The notes under the pieces were generated by a model. The model was given only the letters and a program-made list of their open reading frames with translations, was not told the origin of the DNA and ran no database searches. Positions 1 through 15,299 of a DNA stretch of 64,000 nt are shown here, in pieces. The first letter of the stretch is position 1, and every line of letters begins with the position of its first letter. The DNA lies in NCBI RefSeq assembly GCF_009914755.1, contig NC_060925.1; one strand, given 5' to 3'. This DNA is from the human T2T-CHM13v2.0 reference genome, Homo sapiens. The translations under genes were made by a program, and so were the position numbers.

Positions 1-510
1 AACACACATATGCCACTCACATGGCAATCAACACACACGCCACTCAACACACACATGCCACTCACATGGCACTCAACACACACATGCCACTCACATGGCA
101 ATCAACACACACATGCCACTCACACACATGCCACTCAACACATACACACACTCAACATACACATGCCACTCAACACACACGTGCCACTCAACACACACAT
201 ACTCAACACAGACATGCCACTCAACACACACATGCCACTTACATGGCAATCAACACACACGCCACTCAATACACACATTCCAGTCAACACACATGCCACG
301 CAACACACGTCATTCACATGCCACTCAACACACACATGCCACTCACGTTATTCAACACACACATGCCACTCAACACACACATTCCAGTCAACACACACAT
401 GCCACTCAACACACATATGCCACTCACATGCCACTTAACACACACATGCCACTCGCACACATGCCACTAACATGTCACTCAACACGCACATGCCAGTCAA
501 CATACACATC
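1..510. repeat. CA-rich minisatellite with a ~16-18 bp unit (cacacatgccactcaa), running off the left edge of the window
   Basis: Many degenerate tandem copies of 'acacacatgccactca' are directly visible. This explains the His/Thr-rich ORFs at 10-520. Confidence 0.9.
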
Positions 511-2777
511 ACTCGGCTGAAGACAAATACATATTTGCTTCCAGGCCCACATCCCTTTCATGCACTGGCTCAAAGATCTCACAGAGTCTAGCATCACCAT
601 CCTATTTTTTATAACCACTTGCCACTAATATCCCAGACTCAGCTTTTTTCCCATAGTAATAACACCTTCTGATCTATTATGTAATTCACTAATGTATTGT
701 AAAAATCTTTGTCTTTAATGTTCACGAATGGATTCCAAGGCCTGAGAACAATGCCTGACAGATGGGAAGCAATGAGGAGCACTTGAACAGATGAATGAAG
801 AGCAGGTGGATCGGATGCCCACTGTGTGCTGAGTGCTGTCCCAGGCCTGGGAGATCAAAAGAGCCAGAACGGCAGGGTCAGGTGCCCACCACCTCCCTTC
901 AACCCCTCTTTCTCTGTTTCCACAACAACCTTGTGTGATAAGAGACTCAGATACTTGATTCACCCATTCTACTGGCTGGCCCAAGACTACTCAGCTCAGT
1001 AACTGGCCGAACGAGGAGTCATAGCCAGGACTCTGACTTCGGGGCGGGGGGCTTCACACTTTAAGCCACTTTAGAAATATCGAGGAGAGGCGATCCCGCC
1101 CTGGAAACGCCCGGGCGCCGCACACACATTGCTGCAGTACTGAACACTTGTGATTCTCCATCTCCGCACGGTGGGCCTGACAAGCAGGAGCTGTTTCGGA
1201 CGGAAGCAAAATCAAAGGCGAGGAGCCGAAATGAGTTTAAAAGCCTAAGTAGAAACATTTAGATGAATTATTCACCTGCTCATTCTCCTCTATTTTTCAT
1301 ATTCACCAGAGCAAGGTACATTGTTTAAAAATTTATTATGAGCGCAGAGAAGAATAAAATCCTAAATCTAGGAAACAGAAGACACTTGTGTTTTAGTCTA
1401 AGTATGGAGAGAGTCCTAGCCTCCAAGGGGCCACTGGGAGCCTGGGAGCGTGGGAACCCCCTCCCTGCAGCACAAGGTGGGCGCTAGGAGGTGGGCTGGT
1501 GGCTCCTCCCTCCACCAAGATGGGCTGAGCTTCCCCTCTTCTTAAAGCTCTGGAGGAAATCCGCTCTATGCCCAGGAGTCTTTTACTGGAGTCTCTCCTA
1601 CTTTAATGTAACCTGATGTTACCTGCATTGCTTTTGGCCCACAGAGAAGCTACCCATCCCCCATCATAACATCCCTTTCCACTGTCACCTCCATTTAAAA
1701 GCCCTGTGGCTCTGGGCAGGTCACCTAACTTCTCTGAGCCCCAGTGTATTTCCCCAGCTTTGTCCTGGGCTTCTGAAACAATCAAATGGGAACAGGTCCA
1801 GGGGGCCCTCCTCAGTCATTGCTCAACTTTCCCGGCAGGCAACCGACGCCTGTGCCCTTGGCCTCTCCGTGGAGAGCCCTGGTCCAGACCTTAGGCTGCT
1901 TTTCTGGGATGGCTACTTGCTGTGGTTTCCCCTGCTGTGCACACACACGCATGCACACACTCACACTCCCATGCACACCTATGCCCACATCCAAAACTAT
2001 ACACGCTCACACAGGCTCACACGTTTACACACACCGTATGCACAATCTCTCTGACAGTATCTTGTGTGCTCTAAGGTTCAGGAGTTGCTGCAGACTACCC
2101 CTCCAGAATTTGTAGCATCTGCCGGCACAGCCAGCTGTGAAGGTTTGCTGCATACCCCCCACCCCCCCCCCCCCCCCCACCCCCCCCACCCCCCGCCCAT
2201 CAGCACCAGCACGCCTACCAGACGTTTCTGCCTAACAGGTCTTAAAACCACGACATCTGCTTTCTGATTGTACCACATTTGCAAAGGCTTTCCTCCCTCT
2301 GGAGGGTAGACTGACCCTAAGACTAATCAGCTGGATTCTTGCCCAGCAGGGACAGGGGCTGGCTAGCAATCCAGAGAATCGCAGCTGCTTCATGGCCAGG
2401 CACAGGAAGGAAGGAGGAACCCAACTCCCTCTCGGCCACTGACTCCAGAAGTACTCCTAACAGGTGTTGGGGAGCAGGTGGCCAGCCCGCGTCACAGCCT
2501 CCAGCAGGATCGGTGGACAGCGGCACAGCTGGCCCGGAGGCTCCGGACCTGTGCCATTGGCCACTTCAGAACTATTGCACTTCCCAAAATGCAAGCCCTC
2601 CTTCCGTGGGAGGCAAGTACACTCTGGAATCCTCCCTGAGTTGGAAATCTCTCATAAGCAGCAGACGGGAGGCATCTGCTACAGCAGTGATGCTCCTAGA
2701 CATTTTCCACATGTATTTGCCTTCGCCCAGCCGTGCAGAACTACTCAACACCCACCTCAATAAAGAAGGATCCCCAG

Positions 2778-3250
<473 letters not shown>

Positions 3251-3819
3251 TCAATCATTGCACAACTCTAAGCAGACACATCACACAACTGTGAGTCTAG
3301 CCTGCCTCCCCAATACACAACCCCCATGCCATAAAATGAGCTCATTCAGCTGGACATGCCCTCCGGAGCCATTTTCAGATTGAGGTGGTATGGGGCATCA
3401 ATCAGATCCACTAAAGACCTGAAACTCTGCTTCATCAACTCTGAATGTGAAATAAGATGAAAAGGAAGCAAGGAAAGAAACCAGCTCTAAAAATGAGCTA
3501 AAATCTTCCCTGGGAAAAATTACATGTGAGATTGGCCGAGAGCAAACTCAGACTTCAGAATGGTGTTGCCCACAGGGGATTGTACGTTCTTCGTCAGTTG
3601 GGATAATCTGGTAATACTTCAGATCACCAGAGCAGATGCCAAATTGAGGAACAGTTTACCCTGAATTCTGCAGAGCCCTCTGCTCTGATGCTTTTCTCAC
3701 GCCCTGGCGTAGGCACCTAGAGGATCGACCAATGGTACACATTTACTCTTTCCATCAAAATTCCTCCCTGACATGCCCATATTAAAAGGATCAATATATC
3801 TAGCGTGGTGAAGAGAAGA

Positions 3820-4030
3820 TACGCCGTGGGGTCAGACGGAGCTGGGTTCAAAGTCCAGCCCAGCTCTCCCTACCTGTGTAAATCTTATTGAGCCCTAGTT
3901 TCCTCATCTGTAAAACAGATACTAATGCCCACACCTAGTCCGGTTGTGATGGAAATTGAACAAAGCAATGTGAGAAAGCATGTATCACAGTGCCTGACCA
4001 CCTAAGTGCCAAATAAATATTAATTACTTG
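3820..4030 (+). mobile_element. MIR-like SINE fragment
   Basis: 'ctgggttcaaagtccagc...cctagtttcctcatctgtaaaa...' resembles the MIR core. Boundaries are approximate. Confidence 0.6.
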
Positions 4031-4286
4031 AATGAAGACAGCACCCCCCACAGTTCCTCCATCTTCATTAACAATGATTATTGGAGAGGGGTGTTTTCTG
4101 GCTAATGGGACCCTCTGGCTAAGTGGACATACGTGGGTAATGAACACTGGCTGCCACAAGAAACAATGCCAGGATCTCAGTGGCTGAGCATGATCACAGT
4201 TTACACTCCTCTCATGCTATAGTCAATGTGGGCCAGGGGACCTTGTGGTTCTCCTCCAGTCGGTGACTCAGAACTCCAGGCTAGTA

Positions 4287-4387
4287 CTATTCAGCCATAA
4301 GAAAGTATGAAATCCTGTCATTTGCAACAACATGGATGGAACTGGAGGTTATTGTGTTAAGTGAAATACACCAGGCACAGAAAGAGA
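4287..4387 (+). mobile_element. Old L1 (L1M-type) fragment from the ORF2 3' end
   Basis: 'tattcagccataagaaag...atttgcaacaacatggatggaactggagg...agtgaaata' resembles the L1 ORF2 C-terminus (MELEVIVLSEI). Confidence 0.8.
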
Positions 4388-4560
4388 CGGAGGAGGAGGA
4401 GGAGGAGGAAGAGGAGGAGGAGGAGGACGAGGAGGATGAGGACGAGGACGAGGAGGAGGAGGAGGAGGATGAGGAGGAGGAGGAGGAGGACGAGGACGAG
4501 GAGGAGGACGAGGAGGAGGGAGGAAGGAGGAAGGAGAACAGAGAAGGAAGGAGGAGGAAG
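4388..4560. repeat. Imperfect (GAG/GAC)n purine-rich trinucleotide repeat
   Basis: Directly visible. It produces the spurious poly-E, poly-S, poly-P and poly-R ORFs. Confidence 0.95.
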
Positions 4561-5542
4561 AGAAAAGGAAAAACAAACCAAAACAAAGACTGCTCTCAGG
4601 TAAGAGCCAGCATTTGCTACAGTTAAAAAAAGTCTGTTTTATCGTCATTAAGTTTTGTTGTTTTTTTTTTACAAGTTACCTTCTATATTTGGAAAAGAAA
4701 TATTTCTGGTATCTCATTTAGGACAATAATACATGTTCCTTTTGAAATAAATGTACTTAGCTAAAAAGCTGGGTCCCTTTAAATAATGATAAGAATCACA
4801 TGATACAAGCAGTAAGAGGGTGAGGCTGAAACCACGGGAGGATGAGGAAGGACTAGGGTTTGGGCACAGCTGCCCTGAGGCGGGGGCTCCCTCTCCCCTC
4901 CCCTTCACCCTCAGGTGGGGGGCGGGACCCCGGGGAGCCTCGTTCATTCACACACTTTATGCCTCTGGCCACAAACATCCCTCCGAGGAAGCCCCCGCGC
5001 TCACTCCCACTCCCAGCGACACTGGCCGGCGTGGCTTTTGTCACACTCAAGTGCTAGGATCTGAGACTCAGGGTTGGGGTTTGGGGCGAAGAGGGAGCTG
5101 TCAGCCTGCTGACCACAGCAGTGGCTTTCAATGAAGCCTGGTTCCGCTTGTCTCTGCCTCCTCCAAGCCTCTCCCCGATGGCTTTGCAGGGGGCGGGTGG
5201 CAGGCTGGGCCAAGGCAGAAGGCAGGGCCTCCGGGCTCCCTGAGCAACACGGAGTCCTAAGAGCTCCCCATCCCCTGAACTTTCACACTGCGTGACCCGC
5301 CAGGTGTTAGACGCCTTCGTGCACATCTCCATTAAACATGGCCAGATTCTCCAGAATGCGTTCAGGCGGCCTAGGCGTGCTGGGAAAGGGGCCGGTTTGG
5401 TTGGCAAGTTGACCAGGAAAGAAGAAAGTTGAACCACATACCTCCTTCCTCTGCCAAGACCTTCTCTCCCCCGAGAGGTAGCCAGCACCAGCCACTCTAA
5501 CCTATCAGAACCAGGGGAGTTGTTAACTCTGCCCAGGGGTGA

Positions 5543-5974
<432 letters not shown>

Positions 5975-6655
5975 TAGTACCTTCTCCCTTCTCTCCTGGG
6001 TAAGAGCAAATCCAGAAGCCCCAGGGCATGGGTTCCATGTGAAGGCAGCAAAATCAGCCGTCATCTCATAGGGTGTTTCCCCTATATCTTTAAGAGGAGT
6101 AGGAACTTCCTATATACACATCAGTAATAACAAATGTATCCCAAGCCTGGGAAAGGGGAACAAGCTGATCTCTTGCTTCCCTGATGCCCTTGCTGCTGGA
6201 GCATTTCCTAATAAGCCTGCCTCAGCAGCTGACCATCGTGGGGAGTGTAGTTTGTTTCCCTTGCCAGGGAAATGCCCAGTGGCTGAGAGCCTGGCTGTGC
6301 TGCTGCCTGGAAGGTTGAGGGTTTTAACCCACAGAAACTGGTAATGGCTAATGTTTTCATAGCCCAGTGGAAAAGATGTCCCCAAAGGTTACAGTCATAT
6401 TGCCCTCTGAGCCATTAACCAGTTTTGAATCTAACTTAGCAAGTTCGATTCCAGCATGCCTTTCCCAACTGACTTATAAACCCATGGACTTGCTCATCAA
6501 ACCAGCTATTTTTAACTTCCTGCTGGTTCATTAATTCACTGGTTAGTGAATTAAACTTTAACGTGCTCTCGCTATTTATTTGCAGGAGACTTTTGTTTTA
6601 AGCAACATATTGATGTAAACCATTACTCCCAGGACAGTTCCCTTAACATTAGCTA

Positions 6656-6734
6656 TAGGTTGGTGCAAAAGTAATTGCGGTTTTTGCCATTGAAAGTAAT
6701 GGCAAAAACCGCAATTACTTTTGCACCAATCTAA
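6656..6734. mobile_element. MADE1 MITE, nearly intact ~80-bp palindrome
   Basis: taggttggtgcaaaagtaattgcggtttttgccatt-gaaagt-aatggcaaaaaccgcaattacttttgcaccaatctaa with TA flanks; mariner-type terminal inverted repeats. Confidence 0.95.
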
Positions 6735-7265
6735 TACAAATGATAATTAATAAACAAAAATCAACATTTATTAAATGCTTATTCTGCACCAGATAATGTG
6801 CTAGAGGCTTTATAAGCATTACCTACTTTAATCCTCATAATAGTCCTGTAAAGTGTGTAATATAATTACAACCATTTTACAGAAGAAAAATTAGGCATAG
6901 AAAGGAAGTATCTTGCCCAATGCCATACGTTCAGGAGTGACAGACTAGGACTGAAAATCAGGCAACATTCTATCCTCTGCCCCTGAAGAGACTCAGATGT
7001 ACTCAACCCAATGCAAGTAGCAGAATCTCATATCCCGTTGTCAAACCACAGAAGGATGCAACAGATCAGAGAAACTCCAAGAAGCAGAGGACAAATCGAG
7101 CTCCAAGCAGTAGCCACAGAGGTTGACGCCAGCCACCACTTAACCAACTCTCTCAGGATCAGCTGCAAGATATAGAGGCCAGCACTCCCCTTCTCCAACA
7201 AGGGGGAGACTAGGGGAACATGTGGGGAGTTCATGCTGCCCTTAGGACAGTGGCAGTGTCCAGAG

Positions 7266-8759
7266 AATTACTGGGTGTGTGGACATGGGGGATTCCTGGT
7301 GTGTGGACACAGGGCATTACTGGTGCGTGGACAGAGGGGATTACTGGTGCGTGGACATGGGATTCCTGGTGTGTGGATACGGGGGATTACTGGTGTGTGG
7401 ACAGAGGGGATTACTGGTGTGTGGACACAGGGGATTACTGGCGCGTGGACAGAGGGGATTACTGGTGTGTGGACAGAGGGGATTACTGGTGTGTGGATAC
7501 AGGGAATTACTGGTGTGTGGACAGAGGGGATTACTGGTGTGTGGATACAGGGAATTACTGGTGCATGGACATGGGATTCCTGGTGTGTGGATACGGGGGA
7601 TTACTGGTGTGTGGACACGGGATTACTGGTGCGTGGACACAGGGGATTACTGGTGTGTGGATACGGGGGATTACTGGTGTGTGGACATGGGGGATTACCG
7701 GTGTGTGGACATGGGGGATTACCGGTGTGTGGATACGGGGGATTACTGGTGTGTGGATACGGGAGATTCCTGGTGTGTGGATACAGGGGATTACTGGTGT
7801 GTGGATACAGGGGATTACTGGTGTGTGGACAGAGGGATTACTGGTGTGTGGATATGGGGGATTACTGGTGTGTGGATACGAGGGATTACTGGTGTGTGGA
7901 TACGGGGGATTACCGGTGTGTGGATACGGGGGATTCCTGGTGTGTGGATACGGGAGATTCCTGGTGTGTGGATACGGGGGATTACTGGTGTGTGGATACG
8001 GGAGATTCCTGGTGTGTGGATACAGGGGATTACTGGTGTGTGGATCCAGGGGATTACTGGTGTGTGGACAGAGGGGATTACTGGTATGTGGACAGAGGGG
8101 ATTACTGGTGTGTGGATACAGGGGATTACTGGTGTGTGGACAGAGGGATTACTGGTGTGTGGATATGGGGGATTACTGGTGTGTGGATACGAGGGATTAC
8201 TGGTGTGTGGATACGGGGGATTACCGGTGTGTGGACACGGGGGATTACGGGTGCATGGACAGAGGGGATTACCAGTGTGTGGATACAGGGGATTGCTGGT
8301 GTGTGGACAGAGGGGATTACTGGTGTGTGGATACGGGGGATTACTGGTGTGTGGATATGGAGGATTGCTGGTGTGTGGACAGAGGGGATTACTGGTGTGT
8401 GGACAGAGGGGATCACTGGTGTGTGGATACAGGGGATTACTGGTATGTGGATACAGGGGATTACTGGTGTGTGGACAGAGGGGATTACTGGTGTGTGGAC
8501 AAAGGGGATTAGTGAGTGTGTGGATACAGGTGATTACTGGGTATGTGAATACAGGGGATTCCTGGTGTGTGGACACAGGGGATTACTGGGTATCTGAATA
8601 CAGAGGATTCCTGGTGTGTGGACACGGGGGATTACTGGTGTGTGGATACAGGGGATTCCTGGTGTGTGGACACAGGGGATTACTGGTGTGTGGACACAGG
8701 GGATTCCTGGGTATGTGGACACAGGGGATTACTGGTGTGTGGATACAGGGGATTACTGG
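7266..8759. repeat. ~1.5-kb VNTR with a 24-bp unit (ttactggtgtgtggatacagggga) and shorter variant units
   Basis: About 60 tandem copies are visible. The ORF track shows an 8-residue periodicity (WCVDTGDY / GITGVWIQ / GLLVCGYG). Confidence 0.97.
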
Positions 8760-9140
8760 CCCTCTCCATCTGCTCCACCGTCTTCATTCGAGTGTCTTCC
8801 TGGACCAGGTAAGCTGGAAATCCTAAAAGCTTCATTTCCCAGAATGTCTTGCACTGCAGTTCCACATGGGATGGGGTGTCTGTCCTCCAGCCAAGTGAAC
8901 CTGTGTGGGAACTAGGCTGGGTGGCAGGTGGCGGCACTTCTGGCTCCGGGCAGCTTCCTGACCTTCACAGGTAGCAGCTCCCTCATCTGTCCAGCTCCAC
9001 AGAACTGCTTTGAAAATCTTTCCTGGAAACCCAGCCTCAAGTTTGTTTCTTTGGGCCTCCCAATGACTCCTTAGGCCATGCAATACCCTACAATGAGTCC
9101 CTGTGGACTTCACTGAGAATAAATTCATTTCTAGTCCACT
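8760..9140 (+). mobile_element. Probable ancient ERVL-class LTR (LTR16/LTR33-like), 5' LTR of a decayed provirus
   Basis: Contains the motif 'ttcatttcccagaatgtcttgc' and an AATAAA near 9118, followed by 'aaactggcaccagg', which resembles an ERVL internal start. Boundaries are approximate. Confidence 0.45.
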
Positions 9141-9312
9141 GAAATGTGCAGTTTCACAGAAACTGGCACCAGGGCTGCTCATGGGCAACACACTGAGGCG
9201 GTGGAGGCTGGGACTGGTTATCTGCTTGACCAGACCTGAAGGGACTACAGGCATCCAAGGATGGAACTGGGGGTTTACTCATATAGAGAGGTGAAGCAGT
9301 CACCTGGGCTTT

Positions 9313-10405
9313 TGTTACAGTAGGTAGCTAGCCAGACATGAGCAGGGCAGGAGATGGCTCCCCTCACCCCCCAACACCCCAGGAATATCAGGTGACCATC
9401 AGGTGATGGTCAGGCAGTTGTTAACTGTCCCTTCGAAAATAATCACTGGTCTCAGCCAACATCAGGGAAACACAATCTCCCAGTAGACAGGAAAAACCTG
9501 AAACAGGTAGCTTCCTGATAAGATCTCAGGAGTTGGGCAAGTGGGGGCTCAAGCATAAGCACTGATATGGTTTGGTTGTGTCCTCACTCAAATCTCATCT
9601 TGAATTATAACTCCCACAAGTCCCATGTGTGGTGGGAGGGACCCAGTGGGAGTTAATTGAATCATGGGGACAGGTCTTTCTCATGCTGTTCTCTGAATAG
9701 TGAATAAGTCTCATGATATCTGATGGTTTAAAAAAAAAGGAGTTCCCCTGCACAAACTCACAAACTCTCTCTCTGCCTGCTGCCAGCCATGTAAGAGGTG
9801 ACTTGCTCCTCCTTGCCTTCCGCCATGATCGTGAGGCCTCCCCAGCCATGTGGAACTGTAAGTCCAAAACTCTTTCTTTTGTACATTGCCCAGTCTCAGG
9901 TATGTCTTTTTCAACAGCGTGAAAACAGACTAATACATGCACTAAGGGGCAAAATGGTGGCGTTTAACTGGTATATGACCTTCCTCTAGGAACACTCGAC
10001 TGTAAGGAAAGAACGCCTCAAGCGAGCATGCGCACAACTCCAGTAAACACACTGTGCGTGCTCCCCTCCCGAGCACTGGCAGCCACTGCACATGTGCACG
10101 GCCCACTCCAAGGAAATAGTCAGGGGAGAAGGGACACAAGACCCTGAACACCTGCTGACATAAAAAACCCCAAGTCAAAACGTCAAACCACGCACTTGAT
10201 CTTTCAAGTCACCCGCTTGGCCTTCTTCCAAGTGTACGTTCCTTCCTTTCATTCCTGCTCTAAAGCTTTTTAATGAACTCTCACTCCTGCTCTAAAACTT
10301 CCTCATTCTCTCCTTCTGCCTTATCCCCCTTCAGTTGAATTCTTTCTGCTGAGGAGGCCAGAATTGTGGTTGCTGCAGACCTATACGGATTCACCACCAG
10401 GAACA
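9313..10405 (+). mobile_element. ERV1/MER4-group solo LTR (MER50-like), interrupted by a THE1 LTR
   Basis: Starts tgttacagtaggtagctagccagacatgagcagggcagg and ends ...ggaaca (TG...CA). Subfamily is from recall. Confidence 0.7.
9563..9937 (+). mobile_element. THE1-type MaLR solo LTR
   Basis: tgatatggtttggttgtgtcc...aatctcatcttgaatt...gaaaacagactaataca, with near-TSD agcac/tgcac. Confidence 0.9.
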
Positions 10406-12156
10406 ATTTCAGAGCAGCAGCACCTGCCAGAGGCCAGGGGGACGGTGGCCTGGTGAGCAGCCCAGTCCAAACGCTCATCAGAATGACCAAGCTCAGGGAA
10501 CTTTAGCAGCCATCAATCAGTCATGGAGCCCCTGGGCCTGAAATAGGTGGGCAGCCCTTTATGGTCCTGCTCAATGTGTACAACTTAAAAAAAAAAAAAA
10601 TCCTCCAGGCCTGGAGAGCAGACGCCTGGCGTGAGACACCACAGTGAAGTCCCAACTCCTCACCCAATTCCGAGATGCGAGTCAGTGTGTGAAGCCTGGG
10701 CCCTCAGAATAAACAGGTGCCGGGTTCCCTGGGTTCCCTTGGGATCCACCCTAGGATGCCACCTGTATCTGCTTGCTACTGCATGCACGCCCACATTTAG
10801 CAGCTGGAAACAACAGTCATTTATTATTGCTCACACATCTGTAGGTCAGCAGGTAGTTCTGCTCACCGGGCCAGCTCAGCCAATCCTGGCTGGCCTCTCT
10901 CACATGCTCTGGAGCCACCGCCAGGCTGTGTCTGCCCCACATGGTCCCGTCCTCCAGCAGGGCTGGCCTGGCTTGTTCTTATGGAGCAAGTGGGGATCCA
11001 GGAGAAAGAACAGGTGCAGGCAAGGCTCTTGAGGCTCAGGCTCAGAACTGGCATGATGTCACTTACACTGCATTCCTTGGATCAGATGAGTCCCCAGGCA
11101 GCCCCAGATTCAAGGGAAAACAGACTCCACCTCTTGAGGGCAGAAGCTACAAGGTCACCTTACACAAGGTGTGTGGAGACAGGGAGAAGCAGTGGCCCTT
11201 TTTGCAAACAGCCTCCTGCAGCACCGCAGGTGTGGCAGTCAGCCTTGCTCCTCGCTGTCCTCCGAGGGACCCATGGCCCCTGCTAGTGAGCTGCCCCCTG
11301 CTAGTGAGCTGCCCCCAGGGGAGGGAATGCCCAGACCTTTGGAGATTGTTAGACCCTGGCTGTGCGCTGACGCTGATCCCTGAGACTCCGGATCCACCAT
11401 GGGCTTGTCAGATGGAGACTGTAGAGGCCAGATGATGTTGGAACGTGAGCCTGAGTTTCTCACAGCAAAGCCAGTGGGCTCCCGAACTCACATGGGGTCA
11501 TCGCTGCAGTTCCTAAGCGCATGGTTGTAAGACACAGGCTCCAAGACTGACAGAATCCTACACCAGCCTAACCCATGCAAGCGTCATTATGATGGAAAGG
11601 AGCAAGTAGAAGTCTCTGGAACTACCCATTCCTACCACATTGGTAAATAAAAGCAACCCAGCCTCCCCCGGGGAGATCAAGGTCTCAGTGTCACTTCAGA
11701 TTTGGGAGACTAGAACTTTTCTGCCACACGAATGCAAGAGGCAGATGGGTCTTGGGGAGTGTCTGGGATCATTACAAATGGACTCAGGTGGTGGCTCCAA
11801 TGGGAGCCCCTGCTGCATGTGCGGGTCTCTTGCTGGAGCACCCGGCACTCGGCGATGGAGCTGGCAGGTGCTTTTCCCCTGTCACATTTAGAGACACTTT
11901 GCTTAACCCTGACAAAGGCAGCCAGGCAATCCCATACTCGCACTCTATAGCTGTGTCAGCTCTGTCTAGGAGTCCTAATTCCACCTATAGGGACCTTCAC
12001 CACCCCAGCAAACCATGTGGCAGTGTGCTGCTCCACCACATGGAAGACCCCAAAGTGAGAGGATCTCAGAGCACGAAGTCTCGGGCAGACATACGGAAAC
12101 CTTGGCAAGACCCAAGTGCGCCAGAGGGTGGGAGGCAAACTTGAAAATTCAGGGGC

Positions 12157-12634
<478 letters not shown>

Positions 12635-14367
12635 TCAGCAGCCTGATCTGGGGTATGGTAGGATGTAGGATTTACTCTCCAGAAAACAAAAATAAAAGTT
12701 GCTACATCTTGCAACTCGTCACTAAAAGAGAGGCACAGGCTCCCACCCCTTCATCAAGGAACCCCTAAGCCTGCCTACTCTGTGGGCACCCGAGCAGGAG
12801 GCTCACTGGCCAACCTGGGCTGCAGCAGATGCTGCTTGGCTTCTGGGCACTTATCCCTGACACCCCGCAGGGCTCACAGCATCTGGACAGATGGGGAAAC
12901 TGCAGACAGCCTGTGACAAGTTGCAATGGAAGAATCACCGTGCAGTTCCCTTGGGTTTTGAAGCAAAGCCACAGTCTCTTCAGCAAACAACTATTTCCTT
13001 TAAAGACACAGTTCAGGAGTTGCTTCTGGACCTGATGGAGAATGTGCTACTAGTCATAGATCCCTAAGGGATACCAAGGGGCCAGGCATAAGTGGACAGG
13101 AGATGCTCTGCCAGGCCAAGCCCGGAGCTACGCCAAGCAGCAGCGCTTCCCTCCCCCAACTCCCATCTAAGATGCACGCAAGAAACCGGGTCCAAGCAGG
13201 CCCTGAAAACATAGGTAATCGCACCAGCAGGGGACTTGCACCCCAGGCACCTACTGCAGTGGCCCAGCCACCCCTCTGTCCACCCCCCGATCATCCATCT
13301 CTTGGGGTTCCCTCTGACCCACTCACTGGGGAAGAAGGAAGTTGAGCCTGGTTTGTGGGCTGTGTACAATATGCTGGCCCCAGCCATAAGCAGCTGCTGC
13401 TGTATCACAGCCCTCACCCTGGGGAGGCCTTGATTTAGACTGGAAAAGGCAAATTCTCCCAGTAGGCAGAACTTCAAATGGCACAGCTGATTTTCCACTG
13501 GGGTCTGGAAGGAGAGATGGGGACACATATGCAAACGGGAGGCTTGTCTAAAGGTCTGGCCCAGCGGTACCGCTCGGGAAGAACAGGACTGGAGGCTGGG
13601 GATGGGCCTCCCAGGACGGGCCAAGCATGTGAGGACATCTGGTCCCCCCAACAGAGGAGACTCTTGGTAGCTGGTGGACAAGCTGACCCACTCTGAGGAG
13701 GCTGAGGAGCCTCTTTCCTTAGCCACTCCACTGAGTGCTCAGTGAGTTCATGGACACAGTGGCATGAGGCTGAGACGGAGATCATGGTGTGAGCTCAGCA
13801 ACCACTCTCCCCTCCCCAGAGCAGGTCTGGCCACCACCCTGGCCACACACAGGAGAAACAGAAGCAGATCCCCCACAAGGGTGCCTGCCTGCCCTGAGAG
13901 CCGGCCTCTTTCGATCCAGGGGAGTGAGCCGACTGGCCTCATTGGAACGCACGTTGACTTTGAGTGCGGCTCTGCCCTCCGTCCTCACCATGCTTCTGCC
14001 CGTCTGCGGAACTGCAGACTGTTTTCTTCCATGGCACCTCAAACAACATTGCTCCCGGCAAAGAAATTCACTTTCCAGACAAAGAAGGGTGGCCGCGGGG
14101 TGAGGCATGGAATTCACTGGTCTTGCCATGCACTCATCACCCGGAATGGCAGAAGGACCATGAAGACTCCACTGTGGTACTGGATGGGAGCCAGTCGCAC
14201 ATGGAGTGGAGAACTGTGTTATTCACATGGTAGACCCTCTGAGCCACACACGCCACGCCATGCTCTTTCTCCCACAGGCAGAAACGCGGGTCAGGGGAAC
14301 AAGTGATGCTGTCCCTAAGGACTGATTGCAAAATTTCTAATTCTTGCTTCCCATCCCCACAACTTTA

Positions 14368-14720
<353 letters not shown>

Positions 14721-14962
14721 TTCTAAGGCCCCCAACCATCTGAATGGACCCCTCCTCTCGGCCAAGGGCACTCCAAAGTCAACTGAAAAACCAGTTTCAG
14801 GCCACGATGGGAAGGGGAGCTGGACACGCCTCATTATCACCTTCTCACTCTTGGAATTACTGAGAGAACAGACTCTTTAAGTCTGATAAGAAACACTTAC
14901 AGTCTATTCTCTGTGAAGCCTGCTACCCGGAGCTTTCATCTGCATGATAAAACCTTGGCATT

Positions 14963-15299
<337 letters not shown>

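Noticed and set aside
1080-1230. Small CpG-containing patch as a promoter
   Set aside because: It is too short and sparse for a CpG island, and no adjacent exon was identified.
4287-4648. Acidic poly-Glu protein ORF
   Set aside because: It is an L1 fragment fused to a GAG microsatellite.
7220-8826. 430-515 aa ORFs as a repeat-protein gene, or the array as CRISPR-like
   Set aside because: It is a pure tandem repeat with no unique spacers. All three frames are open because of unit composition, and there is no gene structure or cas gene.
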